Positions 51,117-63,889 of a stretch of 64,000 nucleotides of DNA are shown here, one piece after another. Positions within the stretch are counted from its first letter, which is position 1; the number at the start of each line of letters is the position of its first letter. A model generated the notes under the pieces. That model saw only the letters and a list, made by a program, of their open reading frames with translations. It had not been told where the DNA came from and searched no databases. The translations under genes and the position numbers were made by a program. The stretch is from positions 115,756,001-115,820,000 of the forward strand of contig NC_045696.1 of assembly GCF_009834535.1 (NCBI RefSeq), given 5' to 3'. The DNA comes from Camelus ferus (Eukaryota).

Positions 51117-51289
51117 TGTGTGTGTGTGTTTAATATATCTAAAATAGTCCCTGGTTGTGTTATATTTCATCATTTAAACTTTTTTTTTCCCAAATGATAT
51201 TCTAAGGAGAAAGTGTCTGTAGTGTTGTATATAATCTAAATATTTTCTTGGCACTGACATTAAAGCAATGGTATCTCATGTTGTTTTAT

Positions 51290-51555
51290 GCTTTATGGTT
51301 AAAATATCAGACTCTGGAGTCAGACTCAGGAGGGTCGAATTTCAGTTCTGTCATATACTAAATGTGCATTAGGGCAAATTACTTAAACATTTTTTTTCAC
51401 CTTGGTCTCCTCATCTTTAAAATGGGGCTAATAATACTTGTATTAATATGCCTCACACAAAGTATTATTTTAAGGATTAAATGATGTTTTGCTTGTAAAG
51501 TATTTAACACAGTGTTTTAAAAATGATAATGTCAATGGATACTAACTTGTTAGCT
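51290..51555 (+). mobile_element. MIR SINE
   Basis: ATGGTTAAAA..AGACTCTGGAGTCAGAC..GGGCAAATTACTTAA..TCCTCATCTTTAAAATGGGGCTAATAATA..AGGATTAAATGA. Confidence 0.85.
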
Positions 51556-52037
51556 TTCACCCAGTTATCCATTAAAATACTCAGACGAGTTCAGGAAAAG
51601 AGAAATACATGAATCTCCTCTGCAAATTGATTTGTGTCTCTGTGGGGAGGCTGGGCTCTTGTCCTTTCTATGTCCTACCTCAATAAGTCTGGCGTGTGTG
51701 TGTTTCTCAACTTACTTCATTCCCCCCTGAAATTGGATCCCCAGAGTACAGAAGGATATTCACCAATTTCTTTTCAGATAAAATTAAACTGAGTAGCACA
51801 AGTAATGACACACACTGTAAATGGGCTAAGAATTCTGCATATTAATACAGCCTCCAACTTCTACATTAGAGAAGGGGCGAGGAACTTACTCAAGGTCAAT
51901 TCATCTCCATATAAGGATTAGTTTATTAATATATTTTAAAAGTGAAGGGGAAACCCCAAACAACAATAATCGTAAGAGATTCATATTCTAAGGTTAAAGT
52001 AAAAGGGAATATTATTCAGAAAATTCAAGAAAAGGAC

Positions 52038-52340
52038 TGTAATAGTTCTAAAAGCCAACATCTAGAAGTCCACTGTCAAGGTGAGAGCTAGTCCCTCATG
52101 AGGTCTCTCTTCTTGGCTTGCAGGTGACCACCTTTTTGTCATGTCTTCAGATTACAGAGAGAGAAGCTTGGTGTCTCTCCTTCTGCTTATAAGGGCACAA
52201 GTCCTAGGACATTAGGATCCCACCCTTATGACCAAATGTAAATCTAATTAGCTCCTAAAAGCCTTATGCCCAAATATGAAGTCATGGGATTATGGCTTCA
52301 ACATAAGAATTCTGAGGCAGACACAATTCAGTCCATAGCA
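52038..52340 (-). mobile_element. MLT1A-like MaLR solo LTR with internal deletion
   Basis: TG...CA with perfect 5-bp TSD AGGAC (52033-52037 / 52341-52345), CTTATAAGGGCAC..CCCACCCTTATGACC..ACACAATTCAGTCCATAGCA. Confidence 0.85.
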
Positions 52341-52875
52341 AGGACATAGCTCTGAAAATTTTTGATTATGAAAAGAAGAAAAAGAATAATATTTTAGAAA
52401 TCAGATATGTATGTTGCTGCAGGGACTAGAAATAGACATAGGCTTTATGAAACTGGAGCGGGGAGCCAGAATCAGCCAATTAGCAGTGAAAAGAGAAGGG
52501 TACCAAGAGGTGAGAAATGCATCGGCGATCCTAAAATTTGGAACCCAGAGATGTCTAATTGACCACTAAGTCACTCAGGTAGACTTCATTCCTAAAACCT
52601 TCACTCTAACAGAGGAGTTCCTGTGATGAATGTGTTTTCCTTAACATCTAGTGGTTGTTTTCATCACAGATTTTCATGAAGAGAATTTCAGAAATAACTA
52701 GAAAATAAACATAAAATTTGAGTATTTGGTGCAAGGAGGGAAGTGGAAGAGAGATAAGGAGAAACGAGTAGATAAGTGAAAAGGAATAAAGAAGGGAGTT
52801 AATAAGGTATGGACATGTCAGCGATAACTCAAAAGAAGGGAAAAAGTGGTATAAGGAGTGGTAATTGGCCAGCGG

Positions 52876-52941
52876 TAACTTTACAGCTTTGGTTTCTTCC
52901 CATGTATTTCTTACCTTAATGATGTCATTGGAAGATGTGTG
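52876..52941 (+). repeat. 66-bp dispersed direct repeat, copy B
   Basis: 62/66 identical to 51051-51116. Confidence 0.9.
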
Positions 52942-55806
52942 GGTTTTTTTTGTTTTTAAGTTAAGGAAAGGGTAGAAATAAAGCAAAATGATGGGAAAAA
53001 GAGACCATAGCACCTTGTGAACAAGTTGTGCTCCACACATATTTGCGGATTGTTGAATTCAGTAAGTATCGACTGTGTCCTACTACCTACCCGGCATTGG
53101 GTTAGTTGCTGACGACATAAAGACAAATGTGCCTGGGTTTCCAATCTCAGGGGGTTAGAAACTCAGTTAAAGAGAAATACATTATAGATACTCAACATTT
53201 ATTCCTGAAACAGAAGCGAAAGTCACCTAAAAACGTGAAGTGTTGAAGAAGGACTGAAAGTTCTGATTGTGAAGAAAAGATCGATTTTTAAAAGTGAAAA
53301 TGGAACTTTCAATGCCCATCTGAATGTGTTAACCTGAAACCTCCTTGTCCATATTGGTATCAAATAATCCCAGACTTACACCAATGTTTATGATCTCCAT
53401 CAGCTCTTCTTTACATCTTTAGATGTCAGACAAAACTGAACTTTTCTTCTAATTATTCTAAGAGTTAGATTCTTTCCTCAAATCATGAACTTCAGACACT
53501 GCATAAATTGACCATAAGGAATATGAAGAAGAGTTAACTTTACAAAAATCACAGAGCTGGTGTGGGGCAGAGACAGTGTAATAATTAGCCCTGTGGGTCC
53601 TTAATCTGGAAATTTGGCGAGAATAGCACTGTAGCTCATTCTTTATAATTTGCTTTAATGAAGTATTATGTCCTGTCTTCTGTTTTGAGATGAAACTCAC
53701 AGGAAGCCCTGTCACAGAATTCCATAACTTCATTCATCCATGTAAATCCAGCCCACACTTCTTTTAATTTTACCCGGAAAGGATTAATCAAAAATATACA
53801 AGTTTGTTGTAGGGCTCTGAAAAGAACTGGAAACAAAAAAACAAGAAGATCATCTAGTTTAAGCAATTATAAAGCCACTTTTTAAATCAATACAATTTCT
53901 AGCAAGTCTCATCATGTAATTTCTGCCCAAAAGAGTCCAGCAAAAAATGAAGTAACTGCCAGGGTCCTCTGACACAGCTCAGCTTTATAGTTCTTCTTCA
54001 GAATTTCAGCAGCCTTGGCTAAATCACCAGATGGGTTTGAAAGAAAGTCATTACAAAGTCCTTATGTGAGTTGGCAAATAGATGTCAACAAAAACTTTGT
54101 GCTTTATCCAGACCAGTCCATGCTGACGAGTCCAAAAATCTAAATCTCAGTGCTGAAATATTTTCATCCAAAAAATATTTCCCCACTTAGCAACGTGGCT
54201 TTTGTCGCTTTGCTCTCTCTCTGTGTCTCTCTCCCCATATTTCTTTTTAAGGAAGAAGCACAAGATATTTCAACTTAGACTTTATAAGAATAAAATGTTA
54301 TAAATGAGTGCCAATTTCAAAAGACACCTTATCAAATAGAGGCTACATCAAAGACATCGAGCAACTCTTCGGAAGAGATGGAAGCCTCTGGGTACTTAAA
54401 GTATGCATTTGTGTGTGTGTGTACATATACATTTTTCCCTATTGTGTACTATCTCTTTGTCTTATATTTCTTACGTGAAACAGATGGTGGGTCCTTCCTC
54501 TGGGAAAAGATAAATCAACGTGACTAGTTACCAGCACTGTTTGAACGTTCTGTCTTCTGGATGACGGCAATATCCCCCCTACCCTGAAACTGAGTTTTGC
54601 AGAAAGCAGGGCACAAGCGTTTCCAGGAGGAAACCTTTTAAGATACGTCTGTGTAGGACAGGCCACCTGGGTTGTAGGATGGCCCATCTGTTCGTGTTGG
54701 CAGTCTCCAAGAGAGGCAGAGTGGTTACTGCTAAATTGAATGTTCCACACAGCCTCCATGATCGTCAGGAGGGGAAGCACCAAATGGCTCACCCATGCTG
54801 TGGCCCATCCATGTGAGGACGCTGATGCCAGGGAGAAGAGCACACGTGGCAGATGTCCTCAACAGGGAAGAACCAGCACTGTATTTGCGAATGATGCTTC
54901 TGGTCACGCTTGACTGGTGAGGGGTTGGGGTAAGCAAGTACAGAGCGTTGACTGAGTTGGGACAGGGAAAGCAGAGAAGCGTGGTATTCTGGGACAGTAT
55001 TAACATATTCATTGCCTTTTAATGTGTATTTCGTCACTTAGTTATTATGTTTGCAATGTGTCCCTCGCTGCTTCAGCTCAGAAAATCTAAATTCTACTTC
55101 CTTCAGGAGATACAGCTTTTCCTTTCATGGTCCCATTTCTCCAGCAAACTTCTAGTCTGTCACCTTCTGTCCAAGGGGGGGTTACAGGTATCCAGGACTG
55201 GTGGCCAGCAAAGTTGACCACAGAAAATGGGAGGAGGGGACCCCACATTGGAGGATAGCTTAGAGGCTCTGACTTCCTCCCACTTTTTCGCTTACCATCC
55301 TCAAAAAAAAGAGCCTTCTCACCTCTCCCTCATCAAGGACCCCTCAGCTCCAATTTTGGACCTCCTCTGTACCCCCCTGACCCTTTTCTCAGTTTCAGTG
55401 TTATCTAGTCTTTAAGAGGGAAAAACTTACTTTGCAACCTTACATTCATTTCAAACCTTTCCTTTTAGCTCTTAGGATAAATAGTTTTTTGAATATTTGT
55501 TTCTGCCTTTGGATGAGCTTAAAGAGAAAAATGGCTCACAAGGTACCGCTGGGTGAGTAGTGTTGAAATACAGTTCTATGCCCAAGATGGAGCTGTTACT
55601 GCCCACGGAGGCCACATCAGCAGACAGAAACTTCGATAACTTTTGTGTCCCTGTCAACGTAGTCAGCCAATCCCCAGACGCCACATCAACTTCCGGCTCT
55701 GCACTCACTTCTTTGTTCCTTATTTATTTTCTACTTTTCTCTTTCTTGTTCCTTACTCTTTATCCTGTAAAAGCTTCCTGCCTTCCCCACATTTTACTGT
55801 TCTCTG

Positions 55807-56383
55807 TGTTAGGGCAGGCAGGTAGCGGGATATGAGCAGAGAACAGGGGACATGGGCCAAATGGCAGGAAACCACACATCGTGTGAACAACGGGGGTCCT
55901 TGGGCAGACAGAGAAAAGCAGGAACCTTGGGACTAGTAAGAAACCATACACTTTGGGATGACAAGTGTCCGGAGGCAAAGAAAGGTGGGACAAGACAGAA
56001 ATCTCCACCATCCAAATGTAACCTTTCACTCATACCCTCATCTGAATGCAACATTTTGCTCATGATGCCCTCATCCAACTTCTTGATCAAGACTAAGTAA
56101 GGACAAAAAATCCCTCCTCCTTTCAGGAAGGTGGAGCCAGGATGAAGATCAGGAAAGATGACCCCAAACCCCTCCCTGCCAGTGAATATTCTGCCCGCTC
56201 ATTTTTACAGCCAGATAACCAGCCTTCCAGAGAAGCTCAGGGCAGCTACTGAACTGGGTCTGACCACTCTCCCCTTAAGAGCATCCTGTCTATCTCTTAA
56301 TATATCTTCACTTTGCTTTCTCGACCTCTGTGTCTCGTTTCTGGATTCCTTCTGTGATAAGACAAGAACCTGCTTTCTGATCA
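55807..56383 (+). mobile_element. ERV1-class solo LTR (MER41-like architecture)
   Basis: TGTTAGGGCAGGC start and a U5-like end TGGATTCCTTCTGTGATAAGACAAGAACC...GATCA. Flanks TCTG/TCCG are a 4-bp TSD differing by one CpG transition. The end could alternatively be 56401. Confidence 0.7.
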
Positions 56384-58854
56384 TCCGGACCCTTGGGAAC
56401 AGTGACTGCCCACTTCATGAAGTGTTAGGTAAAGTTTGTCTTCTTTAATCATTTTTAGCAGCAGAAAGGAAGGAAGTACACAGAATATACACATATGTGT
56501 ACTTCAAGGAATGATCCTACGTTTTCAGACATATTATCACATGTTTTCCTCAGAATAAAACTCTTAGGTAGATATCATCAGCCATTCCCTACAAATGAGG
56601 AAACTGAGGCTTGCAGAGGTGTGACTGATCGACATGAGTTTGTTTCAGCTGAAAAATGGGAGAGTCGGCCTGTGTCACCCTCAGAGCCATAAGGTGGGGT
56701 GAGTGAGAAGGGGAACAGAATAGCCTCACCCCCCTCCTCAATATGCCTCTTTGGAGGAAGGATTATGTTGATGAGCTGCTTATTTTGAGTGACAGCAGAT
56801 GCTGGAGAAGCCCTGAGAACGGAATAAGGGAAAATTTACATTTACAAAGGAAATCTCCATTTGTTAGGGTGTCCCCTTGCTGTTTTCAGAAGACAAGGTT
56901 GACTCTAGGTCACACAAAATTTAATGATGGAGAAGACAAAACTTAAACTGCCTAATAAAACTTGTCGCTGTTCACTGCTATCTTTAGCTAAGGTGGCATT
57001 ATTATACGGTGGTGACTTGGGTCATCTCAGGGGGTTGTTCGCTTTTCCTGGTTGTCTCCGCTGTGTACCTGAGGTATTCACATTAACAATCTTCTCTTTG
57101 TTTTTCTCTCGTCAGCCTGTCTTTTATGACCGTCTTAGCCAAGAACTCAGAAGGGTGGCAGCTACATTATTATTCCTCCCATACAAATGCATACTTTAAC
57201 TATGAAATTTTTCCATTTCTCTTGGCCCACTGGCACTCTAATAAGGTTATAATCCTTTGACGTAAGATAGCGTTGCCATTGTTTATAAGCTTCCTGAACA
57301 CTGAGCCCAGATTTCTTCTGCTGACCATTGTCATCACCAGCACTGAGCACATTGTTTGGCACATGAGTGTTCAATCAAGTTTTTTTTAATTACAATGGGT
57401 AAGGTATGCAGCTAGAAGTATAATTCATGTGTTTCCTCGTATTTCTTTTCTGATGTGGACAAAAGCCAGTATTACTCCTTATCATTAGCACTGGACAGAT
57501 GAATATATTCTCTCACACATATATATGTGTATTTCAGTGTTTCCTGAGTAACTTAGTGTATTAGCTGCTTGTGGTCCTACTTCTGTCAATAACCCACTGA
57601 CAAATAATGGGAGAGTGTAAGGAAGGAAGGCGTCATTATTTAGCTGCCTGTATGAAAGCAGAACCCACTTTACTCTGCAGAGTGTACGGAGAAAAAGAGT
57701 GCATGGCTTTCTTTTACTCTTTCTTTCTATGTTGTCAAAAGGTGTATTTCTTACCTTTGTGTATGTTTTATCCTTTCATAACAGTACTTTTATGAAGTCT
57801 TTTACTGATGCAGAGTCAGTGGAAGACCCTATAAAAATTGTTGGCTCCTCTGATTGAAAAAGGAGGCAGTTTTTGCCAGAACAGGTTTTTCAATGACCCT
57901 GAAAAAGATTTGGCTTGGGAAAAAATACCAATCAGGGTCTGTCCAGAAAAGAAAGAAAAAACTATACTTCCATTCAAAGCTTCTTAGAATACTCTCAACT
58001 CTTTTGCTGAGGAGGAAATGTCATGGGCTCAAAACCCAGCTATCTTTCAAGCACCTTCTCATTGGTTCTATTGCTATGTGTGTTTGATCTGCTGGTAGGG
58101 GAGGAATTTCCTACGTGTGTTAGTCCCTGACCTTCGAAGTGTGCAGTCATTTCAGTGGAGTTTTAGAGGCAGAGGTGGAATATATTATTAAGAGAAAATT
58201 GTGATGTTTATTGACAACATTCTAGATAGGTATTATATATATATATAAAATATGTATGTCATATATATATATATAAACAGAGTGTGGACGTTATAGATAT
58301 AATTATATATCAATTTCTGATATGTGTATTTGGGGTCAGGGAGAAAATTCGTGTACACAACAACTGCACAACTTAAGGGTTGACCATGTATATGTGTGTT
58401 TATATAATTCTAAACTGTCTCAATTATATCCATCATATTTAGAACCTGGCAGAAGGCAGTTTTGTCAAATTTGTGAGGGCTGCAGAGCCATGTATTATTA
58501 AGGGCAGTGTAAAAATTATTGGGGAAATACAAAGGCATTCGATCTTTGTCCACATACATGGAAACAGACCGTGCCTCTGTCATAAGTTCCTTTTCTGAGT
58601 CACCCTGAGAACAATGGGCCCAATTTCATTCACTCTTCAGCTGACTGTGAAGTGTTCCCATGTTAAGGATGAGGATTTATGTCAAGGACAGACCCCCTAT
58701 AAATAGCTATCTCTTCTCAGATGAGGAGGATACAAAATCAAAACAATGATCTTGACATACATTCATCTCTAGTCATAAACTTATCTTAAACCAGTAAAAG
58801 TAAAAGTTGCAGCCTGTCCCTTAGGAGACCATGGAGCTGAAATTTAATAATGTG

Positions 58855-59823
58855 TGTCATGGATGATGGGGTGTGTCACCCAGATTTCCCCTCTTCAGAA
58901 GCAAGTCTCTCTCTCAGTACCTGTGTGGAATCCTGACTGTGACCACTCAGATATGTGTCCCCCTCTGCAGGAGGGAGCTGCCTTAACCAAAGTCACATCC
59001 TCTTTCTGTGACTGGGGTGGCCAAGACTGGTGGTGGTGGGGCACAAAGGCTTTCCTTCTTGTTTCAGTTCTGGACCTTTCTAGAAGTCATTCCAGCTCCA
59101 AAGCACCCATGGGAGTGGCTGTAGACCCTGTTGCTAATGTACTGCAGTTCAGTGTTTCCCTCTGCTGCCTTTATGCTTTCATGGGTGCTGTTTCTAAGAG
59201 TGTTACCAAAGTCATGTTCGGCTGCTTGCCCTTCAAAAGCCAATAAGAGGAAAGTGTCAATAGAAAGGAAAGATGATTTGATCAGAAAAGCTGGCAATCT
59301 GTGGAGAAGGTGGACCCATGTCCCAAGACCAACTCCAGGGATTCTGCTCAGCCATGACAGTTTTCAAAGGGAAAAATGGGGGGCGGGGGGAGAATCTTAG
59401 GGAATCATTGAGGCAGGAGGTTGGGGTCTGCATCATTCCCCATTGTGTGAGACTGGCTGACAGTCTCTTCAGATGTTATCTTGCCCCCTGTGATCTGCCT
59501 GCAGGATAGCTCAGGAGGCTGTTGAGGGTAGAGAGCTTATCATTCTTTGACTGCTTAATTCTTTATTCTTACTTCTTTTTATCTAGGAAAAAATCAGCAG
59601 GTTCAACAAGGCATGGTGTGCATTCAAGGAAGCCTAAGTCAGGAGTTAGTTTCAACTGCCCAATGATCTCATCCTTATCATTAGGCTCTTTTAAGGTTAG
59701 GGGGGCAGGAGTGAGAAAACAGGGAAGGGGCAAGGGCGGTCCTTTCAAGAATGCTCCCCAGTACACCTCAGGCATACACACCTCCATCTCAGAGTCTACT
59801 TCTCGGGAGCTCAACCTATGACA
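58855..59823 (+). mobile_element. LTR16-like ERVL solo LTR (58855-59200 + 59752-59823) interrupted by another LTR
   Basis: CCATTCCAGCTCCA-like/CACCCATGGG body, and a 3' end CTCCATCTCAGAGTCTACTTCTCGGGAGCTCAACCTATGACA typical of LTR16. Confidence 0.75.
59201..59747 (-). mobile_element. ERV1-class solo LTR nested in LTR16
   Basis: TGTTACCAAAGTC...CCTTTCA termini, flanks AGAG/AGAA (3/4 TSD). The host LTR reads through across the insertion point. Confidence 0.75.
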
Positions 59824-61478
59824 GAGTGATTTTTTTTTAAAAGCAGTATTTGCTGGAGTTATCTTCTATGCTTACATCTGATATAATCCACAGAATAATT
59901 CAGAACTCCCACCACCAACAATTCCCACCCTGCAGCTCTGCCTTCCTGGAGGAGACTGTTCTGAATGAATGATGTTCTTCATCCCGTCTTGCTGGCTCAA
60001 CCCAGTGAGGGAAAGACACTGGGCCATATTTATCTTTATAAATAACTCTTTCTAGTTTCTGTGTCTGGTCCGGGCCAGACATAAAGAAGCCAATACTGGG
60101 CCAAAAATGGAAATCAACGTTTTCTATTTCTTTGCGATAATTAGAGTATGTAGTAACACATCAACTGTTCAAAAAATACCGAGTCCTCACTTATTTTCTG
60201 CTTCAGTCATCTCTGTTCAACAGCAATCCTGCTCTACGTGAGCAATATTTGTTTAATTTGGAGGGCCTTACAGTTCTTTATCTAAAATTCATTGTGCACC
60301 TGGTCTCATCTATACTTCCCAATAGCTGTTGGCTCAAAAGATTATGGGTTGCAAAGGAACATTGAGCATCATACGAATATTTCAATGACGCAAAAGAAAT
60401 ATTCCAGCATCCGTTTCTCCAAAGTGTCTCTACCTGGATGATGGAACCTTGTAAAATGACAGCCTCAAATTCCTCCCCCTGTTCACCAATATGATGCTTA
60501 CAGAAAATCTAAGAGGAAATATTGGGTGTTCTCATTGCTGTATCATGAGCAGGCTCTCAGGTTAGGTCTGCTAAAACAGCAAGCACACATGTATCCATTT
60601 CATTTCAATCTATGAGCTGCTGTCATCTGGGCAAAATATTGACTGATAAAAATGCCCGGCATTAGAAACCAAACATTGAAAAAGAGACACAGGTGTACTT
60701 CTCCTACCAAGCCCTACTGAAGTCTCTCTATCTGGGTCCCTAATGATGTAAAGAGAGCCAAAACTATAAACTTACAGAGAATCATTCAATTCAAATTGTC
60801 ACTTTTAGCAAGCTCCATTAGGCCAGTTCCGAAGCTCTGCAAGAAGGGCATAGTGAACCAAAGGAGAAAATCCAGATGCAAATGGCACTGGCTTAACAAG
60901 AAAGCCTTTTATTGGCAAAGACATCACAAGCAAAGTAGAATCCAGTTTTCCTGAGACGAGAGTACAAGAGAGAAAACGACTTCTCTAAAGGCAAAGATTC
61001 TGTCAGAGGCATACTACGGCTGCAAAATACAGAAACAGAAATGAAACAGAAATCACCTCTTGCAACATTCTCTGTTCTTAAAAATCAAAGATCTTACCAC
61101 CATCCACTACACCAGCACGGCCTTACCATGGAGCTCTCCGAAGATGTTACTGATAGAAATTACAAGAGAAGTTGCAACCCCAAGAATATGTGATTTTAAA
61201 GTATTTTTCAATTACTTTATCCTAAACACTTGGGAATACCATGTTGCTTTTCTCTTTTCCCCAGGAAACACATTAGAGAATATGAATGATACCCACTATT
61301 CCAAAGAGTACCAGTGGATGCCAAGAAACGTGCAAAAGAAATATGGAATTATAAAATTCTGTATTCCCAGAAGCCTCTTTACCCACAAAACTAAATCATG
61401 TTGTCTTGTAAGCAGAAGTCTCTCAGTTTTTAAAATAATTTTGTACAAAAATAGGTGAATTCCCATATGGTATATTTT

Positions 61479-61511
61479 AAAGCATCAGGAAGTCTCCTTT
61501 TCCCTAAACAT
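61479..61511 (+). repeat. 33-bp dispersed direct repeat, copy A (partner 62814-62846)
   Basis: AAAGCATCAGGAAGTCT(C/G)CTTTTCCCTAAACAT, 32/33 identical. Confidence 0.85.
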
Positions 61512-62299
61512 CTTTTTTCTTTATTGCTAAGATTTCTTAAATTAAAAAGAGAAGAGTATTTATTAAAAATAACTAAAGAGGAAAACTAGCTTTTGAGCTC
61601 TAACTATGCGCTACAATTAGGCTTGGAATCCTTTCATAAATTATCCCATTTAATTCATTAAGAGTAACAAGTATCAGGCAACTTAGCCATGGTTGCTGCC
61701 ACTCCCACTATCTCATTTCTTCATTTCTTCAACAGATGTTTACTGAACACCTACTCTGATCTGGGGACCATGCAATGTTCTCAGAACACAGAAGTAGGGA
61801 AAAAATATGACAATCAGATTTTCCAGGAGCCAAAATGGTCATTGATTGAGTCATGCTAACCTCCTATGGAGTTTGGTCTGAGCATATTTTGGAATATTTT
61901 ATTTGAAGAATAAAATGTAGCCCAAGAAAAAAGCAGTGATGCTTTTTGACAATGATATCATGACATGTAGTCTTGAGGGAGGCAAGAAAGAGATAGTGTT
62001 ATTTTCCATTGGATTCTCAGTCTCATTCACCTAATAATCTTATAGTAATATCCTCTTTTTATAAGGTGACCTGATAAATATCTCTATTAATAACTAAAAA
62101 CCGTAATTAACAAAATGCAGAGTCAGAATTTTCTTTAGATGAAAAATGATGTTAAAAGAAGTAAAGGGATTTGCCTGAGATCACACAACTGGGGATGCTG
62201 CAAACTGAAATTTTAACCCAAATGAGTACAAAGTACGCTATATGCAGCCTCTTAAAAGACAACAAGAAGGAAACAAGCTTGGATTAAAGAAGATGGCTC

Positions 62300-62446
62300 T
62301 GGTGGCTCACAGCGAAAGAGAATGTGACAATGAATATATGTATGTTCATGTATAACTGAAAAACTGTGCTCTGCACTGGAATTTGACACAACATTGTAAA
62401 ATGACTATAAGTCAATAAAAAACAAGTTTTTTTTTTTTTTTAAAAA
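62300..62446 (+). mobile_element. Young camelid L1 3' tip
   Basis: GTGGCTCACAGCGAAAGAGAATGTGACAATGAATATATGTATGTTCATGTATAACTGAAAAA...CAATAAAAAA. TSD AGATGGCTC at 62291-62299 and 62449-62457. Confidence 0.85.
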
Positions 62447-62939
62447 ATAGATGGCTCAAAAGCTACCAATATGTGAAAGACTGATATCCTAGACTTCAGA
62501 GTACAAAAACATTGGCCACATACAACACTGTTCTGTAATTCCCAAATTTGCTTCTTGTTGTACTACAAACTGAGATTTCATATTCTTACTTGAGGGTGAA
62601 TTATCTATAGATGTGATGTTTTGGGTCTACACATTTTCTTTATGGGAAAATTTCTGTAAAACTTGAGAGAACAATTTCAATTACAATTAATTGCATTCTT
62701 AACCAATTGATACTGCAGTGATAAATCTACTCCTTAAGACCTTGGCCATCTATTCTGATAGTATGATATTTTTACAGAAAATCACCTTTTTTTTAAGGAA
62801 ACTTAAAACTTTAAAAGCATCAGGAAGTCTGCTTTTCCCTAAACATTTAGCCCTTTGGAGAGAGGTATTCAATAGATTCTAAAAAATTTAATGAGAAACA
62901 TTAGGTTTAATCCAAAATGATTAATTAGACCCAAAATGG

Positions 62940-63453
62940 ACACAGTTGGAATAGCCTAACAACCTAAACATTTAGTGGCTTAAACAACTTATTTTTATCG
63001 TCCATGTTCTCTGGATTGACGTGACTCTTTTTGGCAGTTCTTGCTTACGGTTTTTCATGGTTTTTTTTCTGTCAAATGGCCGAAAGGTTGGAGTTCTGTG
63101 AAAGCTCAGCTGACTCACAATTGATGTTGGCTATTGGTGAGATCAGCTGGGCTAGAGAAACGGCACGTGACTCCTACATGTGGCATGGGCTCCCGACAGC
63201 ATGGTGCTTGAGTTCCAGGGGGTGCACCCATGAGCAAGCCTTCCAAGAAACACAGGGCAGAAGTTTCAGGGCATCATATGGCTTGACCTGGAAAATCCCA
63301 AAACATCATTTCACCACCATCTGTTGTTCAAGTAAGTCACCAAATCCACTCTACGTTCAAGGGAAGGAAAATTAGACTCTACCTTTTAAAGTGAATGTGT
63401 GCACCTAAGAAGGAAAGGGGTTGATGGTGGTCAGCCTTGGAGAATATTCATCA
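62940..63453 (-). mobile_element. MLT1G/H-like MaLR LTR
   Basis: TTAGTGGCTTAAACAAC..CATGTGGCATGGGCT..CAGCATGGTG..TTCAAGGGAAGGAAAATTAGACTCTACCT. Confidence 0.75.
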
Positions 63454-63889
63454 AAACCTCTTTCCTTTCTATGTAGTTAGATCAGGTGAAGTTTTTCTTG
63501 GCAGCTTTAGTATCTTGACTTTCCTCCTTTATACTTCCTCTTGTGGGCATAAGGAGAATTATTTGGGGTGGAAAATAATAGATCAAGGGTGATTTTGTTC
63601 CAGCAGTGTCATTTCTGGCCCTAATCAGTTACAGAATTAAATAAACTGAGCCTAATCTTTCTCAGTGAGCCACACAGAATCTACTACTCTCTACAGAGCT
63701 CAAATAAATGGTCTTTAAAATCCATCCCAACTATGCATTGTGTTGATAATTACATAAATTTTCCTATTGAAAAAAAAAACACCAAAAAACTACATTATCA
63801 GAGGTGCCATCTCCTTTCTTGGTAAATAATTAGTTCACCATGTAAGAAGCTTTCCTTGTAGGAAATCATGTTTTAAATGAAGTAAAAAA

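Noticed and set aside
54439..55037. Three overlapping minus-strand ORFs and a + strand GGG|GTAAGC donor near 54930
   Set aside because: No recognisable protein and no open plus-strand frame bounded by an acceptor and donor. A non-coding exon cannot be excluded but is unsupported.
61060..61458. 132-aa ORF
   Set aside because: Non-ATG start and no similarity I can recognise.
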